In this document: piece by piece, positions 10,330-18,220 of the stretch
Numbering within the stretch: position 1 is the first letter of the stretch
Layout: every line of letters begins with the position of its first letter
Source of the DNA: Microcystis aeruginosa NIES-2549
Lineage (GTDB): Bacteria > Cyanobacteriota > Cyanobacteriia > Cyanobacteriales > Microcystaceae
DNA length: 32,000 nt
Direction of reading: 5' to 3'
NCBI RefSeq assembly: GCF_000981785.2
Contig: NZ_CP011304.1
Span: 360,001-392,000 of the forward strand
Translations under genes and position numbers: made by a program
Notes under the pieces: generated by a model
Database searches by the model: none
The model's input: the letters and a program-made list of their open reading frames with translations, nothing else
Told to the model about the DNA's origin: nothing

Positions 10330-11262
10330 ATGCTCCAATTGCCAAAACCGACCCACCCCACCAAACCCCTCGTCTCCCTTGCGGAGTCCTACGAACTCTG
10401 TCGCCAGATTACAGAGAAGTATTCCAAAACGTTTTATCTCGGTACTCTCCTGATGCCGAAAGCAAAACGTCAAGCGATCTGGGCAATTTATGTCTGGTGT
10501 CGTCGTACCGATGAACTGGTCGATGGCCCCCAAGCCCGGTTAACTACCTCTGAAACCCTCGATTTATGGGAAAAACAGCTAGAAACCGTCTTTTCTGGGG
10601 TTGCCCTCGAGGATGCCGATGTCGCTCTCGTGGATACTCTAGAAAAGTTCCCCATGGATATCCAACCCTTTCGGGATATGATCGCCGGCCAACAGATGGA
10701 TCTCTATCGCAGTCGTTATCAAACCTTTGATGAACTAAAACTGTACTGCTATCGGGTGGCGGGAACGGTGGGGTTAATGTCCAGCGCGGTGTTAGGATTG
10801 GAGGATGGCGATCGCTCTGCTCCTTGGCGACGCCATCAAAGCGTCTATATTCCCCAAGAAGAAGCGATCGATCTCGGTATTGCCAATCAATTAACCAATA
10901 TTTTGCGGGATGTGGGGGAAGATGTCCATCGTGGCCGGATTTATCTACCTTTAGAGGATTTAGAGCGTTTTAACTACAGCGAAGACGATTTACTCAAAGG
11001 GGTTAATGATGACCGTTGGAAGGCGTTAATGCGCTTCCAAATTGAGCGGGCCCGTTATTACTACGATTCCGCCGAAAGGGGGATCCGCGCCCTTAATCCC
11101 GATTCCCGTTGGCCGGTTTGGGCGGCTTTACTGCTTTATCAAGGCATTTTAGACGTAATTGAAGCAAATAATTATGATGTCTTCGCCCGTCGTGCCTTCG
11201 TGCCTTTACCCAAGAAAATGCTCTATCTACCCGTGGCTTGGTTGCGATCGCAGGCGTTGTAA
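10330..11262 (+). CDS. crtB: Phytoene synthase
   Basis: 310 aa. It has YELCRQITEKYSKTFYLGTLLMP and the two Asp-rich motifs of squalene/phytoene synthases (WCRRTDELVD; LRDVGEDVHRGRIYLP). Confidence 0.93.
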   Translation: MLQLPKPTHPTKPLVSLAESYELCRQITEKYSKTFYLGTLLMPKAKRQAIWAIYVWCRRTDELVDGPQARLTTSETLDLWEKQLETVFSGVALEDADVALVDTLEKFPMDIQPFRDMIAGQQMDLYRSRYQTFDELKLYCYRVAGTVGLMSSAVLGLEDGDRSAPWRRHQSVYIPQEEAIDLGIANQLTNILRDVGEDVHRGRIYLPLEDLERFNYSEDDLLKGVNDDRWKALMRFQIERARYYYDSAERGIRALNPDSRWPVWAALLLYQGILDVIEANNYDVFARRAFVPLPKKMLYLPVAWLRSQAL

Positions 11263-11325
11263 AAATGCGACGGGTTTTGTCGCTTACCGACTCCACCCGT
11301 CAAATCTTACCTAGGGTTTGGTTTT

Positions 11326-11664
11326 TCAGCGCGATTTAGGAGTCACCCACCAGAAAGGTCCGGTTTCTGTGCAGGGAACATCTCGATCGGTGTCGTAAAC
11401 CACAAGGCCATCTTGCCGATCCAAAACCAAGGCTTCCCCTAGACGGACGTAGGAGATAAACGGTCCAAGATAGCGGACAACAGGCTCATCGCTACAGGCC
11501 GGCAACACCCTCTCGTTAAAATACTCCCATCCCACATCCTCGACGCTTTCATAGTAGCGGATGCCGAGATCATCGATCGCTTTCCCCGGAAAACGTTCTC
11601 GGATAGCTGACCAGAGAAATTCTGGCAGCGGTCGATCGGGCGATAATAATGTGGCAGATTTCAT
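11326..11664 (-). CDS. Hypothetical protein (about 112 aa; the track ORF extends to 11802)
   Basis: The ORF is open from 11326 to 11802. I prefer the internal ATG at 11662-11664 (MKSATLLSPDRPLPEF...) because it is preceded by AGGGGGAAAAGCC, whereas the 11802 start has no SD and its extension looks like translated non-coding sequence. I recognise no family. Confidence 0.5.
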   Translation of the reverse strand: MKSATLLSPDRPLPEFLWSAIRERFPGKAIDDLGIRYYESVEDVGWEYFNERVLPACSDEPVVRYLGPFISYVRLGEALVLDRQDGLVVYDTDRDVPCTETGPFWWVTPKSR

Positions 11665-12059
11665 GGCTTTTCCCCCTAAAACTAAAGGAAGCGGGAAACT
11701 CTGACAAATGCCTATCCTCTCGGGACTATTCGCTTCCGCTCCCCACCTGGCCAATTTTTTGCTCGGGATGGTATCTAAAGCAGAGAGTTCCCTTGTATTC
11801 ATTGTAACAAATTTCCCCAGAAGGGTTCGTGGCGATACCCTGAGAACAGGTTCTCTTGATTTTTCGTTACAAAGATTGACAAATTTATCCTTTTATTTTG
11901 GCGATAATAATAATTACCAGGCGACAAGCCAGAACAAATAGGGACAATAGGGAAAGACGGACGAGGGTGAGACTAACTAACCGGCAATAATGATAGCGAG
12001 AAAAGAAGTGGTTTAGTAGTGCCGAATTCTCGTTCCCAATCATTTAGGAGGTAGGAAAG

Positions 12060-12302
12060 ATGACAATTTATGTCACCCGCGAGGGAGATAAACTGGTGGC
12101 CGATTCCCCACTGGAATTGGTGGAAAAATTACAACAATGTCAGGGTAAAATGACGGAAACAAGACAGGACTTCATGACTCGGATGGCTGCACAGATGGTG
12201 GCCAGCCAAGGCGTTACCGTTCCTATCACCGATCCAGAGAATTTTATCGCCGAGCTAATCCATAACGATTTTCTCAGCGTGGTGGACAGTATTGATGGCT
12301 GA
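12060..12302 (+). CDS. Hypothetical small protein (80 aa)
   Basis: A strong Shine-Dalgarno lies upstream (taggaggtaggaaag-ATG). The composition is non-repetitive and protein-like. I recognise no family. Confidence 0.6.
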   Translation: MTIYVTREGDKLVADSPLELVEKLQQCQGKMTETRQDFMTRMAAQMVASQGVTVPITDPENFIAELIHNDFLSVVDSIDG

Positions 12303-12361
12303 AAGTCGGCCGGCAATTGGCGGCAAAACTTAGCCCCTAGGGTCCCTAACACTCAACCCCA

Positions 12362-13054
12362 CTACCCTAGGTCAAAAAGCAAAATTTCCGAGTCTTCTAG
12401 AGATTGAATAGCCAAAGAGGTTTCGTCTCTAATTGCCGCTCCATCCCCCGCTCGTAAATGCACGCCATTCAGGGTTATTTGCCCTCTAGCCACCTGTAAC
12501 CATCCATAACGACCGGTTACTAAGAAATGGGTGAGGGACTGGCCTAGGGGCAAAATTCCCGCGTAGAGATTAACGTCTTGATGGACTTTAACCGCGTTGC
12601 CGGCACCGGTGGGAGAGGCGATTAATTGTAGGGTATGGGGAGAAAATTCGATCGCTTTTTGTTCATAACTGGGTTCTAGATTTTTTTGGTCGGGAATAAT
12701 CCAAATTTGCAGAAGATGGAGGGGATTAGTGGCAGAATGATTAAATTCACTGTGTTTTATCCCTGTTCCCGCGCTCATCCGTTGAATTTCACCGTGTCGA
12801 ATCAGGGAACCTGTGCCGAGACTGTCTTGGTGTTCTAGTTCTCCCTCCAAAACATAGGTTAAAATCTCCATATCCTGGTGTCCGTGGGTGTGAAATCCTT
12901 TTCCCCCAATCACTTTATCCTCGTTAATAACTCTGAGACTCCTAAAATTAATCTGTTGGGGATCATAATATTGGGCAAAAGAAAAAGTATGATAGGTATC
13001 TAACCAACCATAGTTAGCGTGGCCTCTTTCCTCCGCTTTGCGTATAGTAATCAT
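12362..13054 (-). CDS. Pirin-family bicupin protein
   Basis: 230 aa. The cupin metal-ligand pattern FHTHGHQDMEILTYVLEGELEHQDSLG and the overall length fit pirin/YhhW-like proteins. Confidence 0.85.
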   Translation of the reverse strand: MITIRKAEERGHANYGWLDTYHTFSFAQYYDPQQINFRSLRVINEDKVIGGKGFHTHGHQDMEILTYVLEGELEHQDSLGTGSLIRHGEIQRMSAGTGIKHSEFNHSATNPLHLLQIWIIPDQKNLEPSYEQKAIEFSPHTLQLIASPTGAGNAVKVHQDVNLYAGILPLGQSLTHFLVTGRYGWLQVARGQITLNGVHLRAGDGAAIRDETSLAIQSLEDSEILLFDLG

Positions 13055-13195
13055 CAGTTTTCCTTTTTTTTATCTCTATATTCCCAGTCTATAAAATATT
13101 GCCAAAGTTGCATATTCTTTAACCGCTTTTGCAGAAACCCTGAAACCGATTATTCTGCCAATGCACCAATTAGGAATTGAGAAAAATACCAGACT

Positions 13196-13624
13196 TTAAG
13201 GTTTTAAATTTCCTCCTCGAATAAACCAAGTAATTGTGGCGCTGGTAAAAGCAGTGATAGCGACAATAGCTATTTGTTTCCAGTTTTTTAATTCCCCAAC
13301 TTTCTCGATTAAATCGGGAATTTTTTGGGTTAATACTGCTTGGGATTGAATTGTTCCTTCAATTTTAGCCGTGATAATTTTGACTTCCGTGATTTCTTTG
13401 TGTAGGTTAATAAATTGCTTGTTATTTTCTTCTCTCAGGGTTTCTATTTGTTGGCGATTATCTTCCTTTAGCGTATCAATTTGCTCGCGGGTTTCTTCTC
13501 GCAGGGAAATCATTTGCTCGCGGTTTTCTTCTCGCAGAGAAATCATTTGCTCGCGGTTTTCCTGTCGCATTGCCGAGAGTAAGTCTTTCAATTCTTGAAT
13601 ATCATTGCTGGTAACAGTAGTCAT
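13196..13624 (-). CDS. Tail-anchored coiled-coil protein with six 11-residue repeats
   Basis: 142 aa. It reads AMRQENREQMIS/LREENREQMIS/LREETREQIDT/LKEDNRQQIET/LREENNKQFIN/LHKEITEVKII and ends in a single C-terminal TM helix (WKQIAIVAITAFTSATITWFI). Confidence 0.7.
   Translation of the reverse strand: MTTVTSNDIQELKDLLSAMRQENREQMISLREENREQMISLREETREQIDTLKEDNRQQIETLREENNKQFINLHKEITEVKIITAKIEGTIQSQAVLTQKIPDLIEKVGELKNWKQIAIVAITAFTSATITWFIRGGNLKP
13493..13558 (-). repeat. 33-bp in-frame tandem duplication (32/33 identical) inside the coiled-coil gene
   Basis: ttcttctcgcagGgaaatcatttgctcgcggtt versus ttcttctcgcagAgaaatcatttgctcgcggtt. These encode the two identical LREENREQMIS units. Confidence 0.9.
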
Positions 13625-13671
13625 AGAATTAACCCCAAGAGAATCTATTTAACCGGCACTCTTTGATTTTA

Positions 13672-15333
13672 TTATATTTCACCTACGCTAAAAAGGTCAA
13701 ATTCATCAAATTTAATTACCTCGGAGTCAGGATAACGAGTATCAAAACGATAACTGCTCACGGTTCCTTTTTCTGTATCTAAAATGCTAAAAACCGTCAG
13801 ATCATTACTGGCAATATAGGATAAAGGTTGATTAACCCAATCCACTAGAGGAGCAATATTCGGGATAATTGGTGGTAATCCATTGGGATTACCGATGGCC
13901 GCATAATTTCTATCGAGAGGTACAGGACGTTTTTTATCACCTAAATGAGCGCCATAACTATTACCAACGTTAGAAGATTCGAGAAAATTCATACCCTTAG
14001 AACTAAGAAAACGATTCCATAAATGGGAATGACCATAAAAAACCAAATCAACCTTGGCTGATTCTAATAAGGGAATGAGATCACGAATAATATAATCATT
14101 TTCTTGGGGATAATCATAACGTACTGATCTAACTTTTCCCGTGGCATCCCGTTCAATTGTCGGCACAGGATTGGTGTAGGGTGGCACGATATTTCCTCCT
14201 AGGGTATGGGGAGGATGATGAAACATGACTACTTTATATTTAGCCTCTTGAAATGCTGGACTATTTAACTCTTTTTCTAACCATTGATATTGAGGACTAC
14301 CCTGAGCAATTGGCTCAAAAATATGCTGACCATAACCCCAGCGTTCGGGTCTATCTAAATCTCTTTGATTTTCGTAATATCTTCCCCTTGCACTGGGTTC
14401 TAAATTGGGATTTCTCCAGATATTAGTAACATATAAAACCACTAAACGAATATCGCCAAAGGTGAGAGAATAATATTTATTTTGAGGCAAAGAAAAAATT
14501 TCTTCGTAGGTTTCTGTGTTGAAAGAATTATTTTTTAACCATTTTTCATTAATTGCTGCTGTATCCTCTGCTAGTTGTTTAGCAATAAATTGAGGAATAG
14601 CATCTTCAAACTGTTCATTTAAACCTCTGGAATTAGAAAATCTGCCCATAACTTCATGATTACCAATCGCAGGAAATAAGGGGGCATTTTGAATAATTTC
14701 TCCCCCTTTATAAATAGTCTGAATACCATTCTTGGTAAGAGTATAATTAGCACGACCTTGTAAACAGGGAAAAAATGCCCCACCGCGACTATCATCAAAC
14801 CATTCGGAAGCTCGATCGGGTATATTAACTAAATCTCCTGCTAAAAAAACTGCATCTACCTGTCCAATAGTTTCAATAACTTTTTGTAAATTAGCGGCAG
14901 TCATGGGCATTAATTGATGATCGGAAGTGAGCAAAATTTTGAGATTAGTTCCTTTTTTGGGTCTTGGGGTAAGAGTATAAATATCACTTCTAATCGCCCT
15001 ATTTTCCTGAAAACTGGTGACTTGATAGGGAATCCTTTCCCCCGGATTTAAATCAGTAATTTCGGCCTGATGTCGCCAGATTTCTCGATCGGTTAAAGAT
15101 TGATAAGCTTCAACGGTTCTCGATTGAGCATCTTCTCTGACTCTAGTTAATTTGCTAGTGCGAGCGGGGGCTATTTTCTCTAGTTTTTCCCCGTAGCGCA
15201 CCTGATGACCAGTGCCAAAAAATTCCGTAAACCAAATCACTTGTATTGATGTTTCGGTGGGTAATTGTAAAAAAGGTTCGGTTAAAAGTTGATCCTTGTT
15301 CATTGTCGCTAAAAGATAACTGCTGTACTGCAT
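13672..15333 (-). CDS. Calcineurin-like metallophosphoesterase (purple-acid-phosphatase-like architecture)
   Basis: 553 aa. The metallophosphoesterase motifs appear in order: LLTSDHQ, GDLVN, GNHE, FHHPPH, GHSHLW. An N-terminal beta-rich domain (TETSIQVIWFTE...) resembles a PAP N-terminal domain. There is no signal peptide. An alternative start is the ATG at 15303. Confidence 0.8.
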   Translation of the reverse strand: MQYSSYLLATMNKDQLLTEPFLQLPTETSIQVIWFTEFFGTGHQVRYGEKLEKIAPARTSKLTRVREDAQSRTVEAYQSLTDREIWRHQAEITDLNPGERIPYQVTSFQENRAIRSDIYTLTPRPKKGTNLKILLTSDHQLMPMTAANLQKVIETIGQVDAVFLAGDLVNIPDRASEWFDDSRGGAFFPCLQGRANYTLTKNGIQTIYKGGEIIQNAPLFPAIGNHEVMGRFSNSRGLNEQFEDAIPQFIAKQLAEDTAAINEKWLKNNSFNTETYEEIFSLPQNKYYSLTFGDIRLVVLYVTNIWRNPNLEPSARGRYYENQRDLDRPERWGYGQHIFEPIAQGSPQYQWLEKELNSPAFQEAKYKVVMFHHPPHTLGGNIVPPYTNPVPTIERDATGKVRSVRYDYPQENDYIIRDLIPLLESAKVDLVFYGHSHLWNRFLSSKGMNFLESSNVGNSYGAHLGDKKRPVPLDRNYAAIGNPNGLPPIIPNIAPLVDWVNQPLSYIASNDLTVFSILDTEKGTVSSYRFDTRYPDSEVIKFDEFDLFSVGEI

Positions 15334-15409
15334 TTAAACAGTCTTAAGGAGTAATTGAGATAGTCCCCAGCTTAACCGGCAATAACTAGCAGATTCCCTA
15401 TTTTATCGG

Positions 15410-17152
15410 CTAATCTAAAACCTTAGACTCTAACTGCTGCCGTTGCCAGAGATTTTGATAGACTCCGGGGACTGCGATTAACTCCTCGTGGGTTCCCATT
15501 TGGACAATTTCTCCGCGATCCATGACAAAAATCCGATCAGCAGTGGCAGCGGCCAATAATTGATGGGAGATAAAAATCACGGTTTTTTGGCTTTCTTGGC
15601 TGAGATTTTCCAAAATAGCCGTGGCCGTTTGATTATCGACGCTAGATAGGGCATCATCAAGGATTAAAATCGGTGCTTGGATGGCTAAAGCTCGCGCTAA
15701 AGAGACCCGTTGACGTTGACCCCCGGAAAGAGTAATCCCACGTTCTCCCACTAAAGTTCCGTATTTTTGCGGGAAATTCTCGATTTCCTCCTGAATTCTC
15801 GCTTGTTTGGCTGCCGATTTCACTGCTGGAAAATTCAGCAGCGGATCGCCGTAACGGATATTATCTTCGATGGTGGTACTAAATAAAAAACTTTCTTGGG
15901 GAACATAAGCGATCGCTTTTCGCAGCTCTTCAAGGGCAATTCCCGTGACATCTTGATCATCAATAAATAACTGTCCTTCCGCAATATCCAAAAGACGGGG
16001 AATAGCGTTAGCAAGGGTAGATTTTCCCGACCTGATCGCACCGACTACCGCTACCATTTCCCCCGGATTAATGGTAAAAGAAAGAGATTTTAAGGCCGGT
16101 TCCCTAGCATCAGGATAGGAAAAAGTCAAGGCTTTGGCGGTAATTTTTCCTTGAATATTTTTTAAGTGAATACAATCGGCATTGTCTTTAATTTTAGCCT
16201 CGGCTAATAGGATAGTTTCCAGGCGATCAATACTCACTTCTCCCTGTTGGTAGGCCGTAATAGTGAAACCTAATAAAGTAGTAGGAAAAACTAATCTTTC
16301 CGCCAAAATTAACAGAGCAATAAAGTCCCCGATGGTGATATTACCCGCTATAATTTGTCTAGTACCGAGGGAAAGCAAGGCCAATAAACTTACATAGGCT
16401 AAAGCTTCGACCAGGGGAAAAAGAAAATTACGAGTCTGGACTAAATCTAAATTAGCCTGTAATAATTCGCGATTTCTTTGCTTAAATGCTAGGCGCTCGT
16501 TAACTTCTTGGGCATAGATTTTAATCAGGGTAATACCACTCATATCCTCTTGAATTAAATCGCTCAGATGCGATAGTTTTGCCTGTACTTTTTGTTGTTG
16601 CCGCTGGAGACGACCACTAAATAACTGCACGGCAATTAACATCAAAGGATAGACAGAAATAGCGGCGACTGAAAGGGGAATATGAATCGCTAACATCACG
16701 GGCAAAGTTAACCCATAGGCAAAAAAAGTATTAGCCAAACTAAGCAAAGCAAAACCCACCAGACGACGAATATTATCCACATCGCTAGTGGCACGGTTGA
16801 TTAAATCTCCTGAAGTTTGCCGAGAAAAATAGGCAGGTTCAAGGGTTAATAAATGCTGAAAGATTTTTTGTTTAAGATCGAACTCTACCTGACGACCGAT
16901 CCCGAATAATAACACTCTGGATATCATGCGGATAAACCACATAATCGAGGCTAAAGCGACAATGACAATCACATAGTAAATGATTTTTTGGAAGTCAAAA
17001 GATTTACTTAAATCATCGATGCTATCCCGGATTAAAAGCGGTATATAAACACCCAAAAGATTAACAATCAGCAAAGCAACTACCCCCCCAGTTACCATTT
17101 GCCAATGGGGACGTAGATAATTTGCTAGTTTTTTAATGCGAGAATAAGCCAT
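15410..17152 (-). CDS. ABC exporter, fused permease/ATPase (MsbA/multidrug-type half transporter)
   Basis: 580 aa. It has an N-terminal six-TM domain, a Walker A (GAIRSGKST), the signature LSGGQRQR and a Walker B (ILILDDALS). There is no N-terminal C39 peptidase domain. Confidence 0.9.
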   Translation of the reverse strand: MAYSRIKKLANYLRPHWQMVTGGVVALLIVNLLGVYIPLLIRDSIDDLSKSFDFQKIIYYVIVIVALASIMWFIRMISRVLLFGIGRQVEFDLKQKIFQHLLTLEPAYFSRQTSGDLINRATSDVDNIRRLVGFALLSLANTFFAYGLTLPVMLAIHIPLSVAAISVYPLMLIAVQLFSGRLQRQQQKVQAKLSHLSDLIQEDMSGITLIKIYAQEVNERLAFKQRNRELLQANLDLVQTRNFLFPLVEALAYVSLLALLSLGTRQIIAGNITIGDFIALLILAERLVFPTTLLGFTITAYQQGEVSIDRLETILLAEAKIKDNADCIHLKNIQGKITAKALTFSYPDAREPALKSLSFTINPGEMVAVVGAIRSGKSTLANAIPRLLDIAEGQLFIDDQDVTGIALEELRKAIAYVPQESFLFSTTIEDNIRYGDPLLNFPAVKSAAKQARIQEEIENFPQKYGTLVGERGITLSGGQRQRVSLARALAIQAPILILDDALSSVDNQTATAILENLSQESQKTVIFISHQLLAAATADRIFVMDRGEIVQMGTHEELIAVPGVYQNLWQRQQLESKVLD

Positions 17153-17155
17153 ATT

Positions 17156-17183
17156 CAGTTATCAGTTATCAGTTATCAGTTAG
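17156..17183 (-). repeat. Heptamer array CAGTTAT x3 + CAGTTAG (CTGATAA on the gene strand), ending 3 nt before the ABC exporter ATG
   Basis: Read directly. On the minus strand it reads CTAACTGATAACTGATAACTGATAACTGAAT-ATG. Confidence 0.9.
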
Positions 17184-17360
17184 AACAGGGAACAGGTAAA
17201 AGGGGGCATAGATAATCAGTGGGTTATTTTTCTCCTTGTCCTGATTTAGTGGCGGTTTAACATTAGAACCACCCTGGGGCGGTTTACCCGGGGGTTGATC
17301 AATTTTAGCTTGATAGCCGCGCTTAAATTTATCATATCGTCTTTCTTGTTTGTCCGACAT
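17169..17360 (-). CDS. Possible small basic/Pro-rich protein (63 aa) upstream of the ABC exporter
   Basis: The ATG at 17358-17360 is preceded by GAGG about 10 nt upstream and by a sigma70-like promoter. The C-terminal residues (..LTDN) are read from the heptamer array, so the true end is uncertain. I recognise no family. Confidence 0.35.
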   Translation of the reverse strand: MSDKQERRYDKFKRGYQAKIDQPPGKPPQGGSNVKPPLNQDKEKNNPLIIYAPFYLFPVLTDN

Positions 17361-17393
17361 TTAAGTTACCTCTGTTTGATGCTGCCAAAATTC

Positions 17394-17423
17394 AATATAG
17401 CGAATTTCCTCTGCATTAATCAA
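17394..17423 (-). promoter_or_regulatory. Candidate sigma70-type promoter for the small ORF / ABC exporter unit
   Basis: On the minus strand: TTGATT (rc of 17418-17423), an 18-nt spacer, then TATATT (rc of 17394-17399). It lies about 34 nt upstream of the ATG at 17360. Confidence 0.35.
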
Positions 17424-17856
17424 AATAAGCCGCCCGCGCATCTAAATTAGTCTAGATCGATAGGGCAACACCAGAATACTGGAACACTGGAACAGCAAGG
17501 GTTATCTGCTTTTTAGCTAACTTAATAATGCCCAGTTTAAATTCGTCTTAGCTTATCTTCAATAGTTAAAACTACCCCTTCTAATTCGGCGAACTCATCT
17601 AATAAAAGGGAAGCATCGATCGATAATAATATGCTTTTGCCCTTGGCAAGTTCCAAAGCATAACAGAGATTGTCTCAAGCTGCTGGCATCGCTAATACTT
17701 GCGGGGATTTTTCCGTAATCGGTAAATAGTAACCGGTAATCAGTGAACTGCAAACTCAAACCCGATAACTGAGTCAAGATAGCTAAAAACCCCCATCGCT
17801 CTGCCATGCGTTTCAGACAAATTTTTATGCTTTTATTACATGGCTGGCAATATTTT

Positions 17857-17897
17857 GTAACAATCTATACGAATTTTCCTGTTGAAGACTGTAAATT
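17857..17897 (+). promoter_or_regulatory. NtcA-activated (class II-like) promoter: GTA-N8-TAC box plus a TAN3T -10 element
   Basis: GTAacaatctaTAC is at 17857-17870 and TAAATT at 17892-17897, 21 nt downstream. This matches the canonical NtcA promoter geometry. It is the only such site I found upstream of nrtA, whose ATG is at 18221. Confidence 0.6.
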
Positions 17898-18220
17898 TAA
17901 GTTAATTGCTTCGGTAATAACCCTGAAATAAACTGATCTTTCTAGCCCAGATGACCAAAAACCGCCCCTATCTATCTATCGACTCCTCAAAACTGTTATG
18001 CTTCTAGAAAAAATCTCTTAGACAAAAACTACTGCTAAATCTCCCCAGATGGAGAAGCAAAAGCGATCGAGAGATAAAAATAGTCAAAGCCTCCTTACTG
18101 AATCAACAGTTACTTTCCAGAAATTTTCTCGGTTATCACCGCAGTCAGTTAGGGGAAATAATGAGAATTTTTCACCGTTTCATCACCTTTGTTTAGTTTC
18201 TAATCACGATTTTTTAGTCC

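Noticed and set aside
11971-15387. Shared 13-mer taaccggcaataa at about 11978 and about 15373
   Set aside because: A single 13-nt match within 32 kb is within chance expectation, and there is no further flanking similarity.
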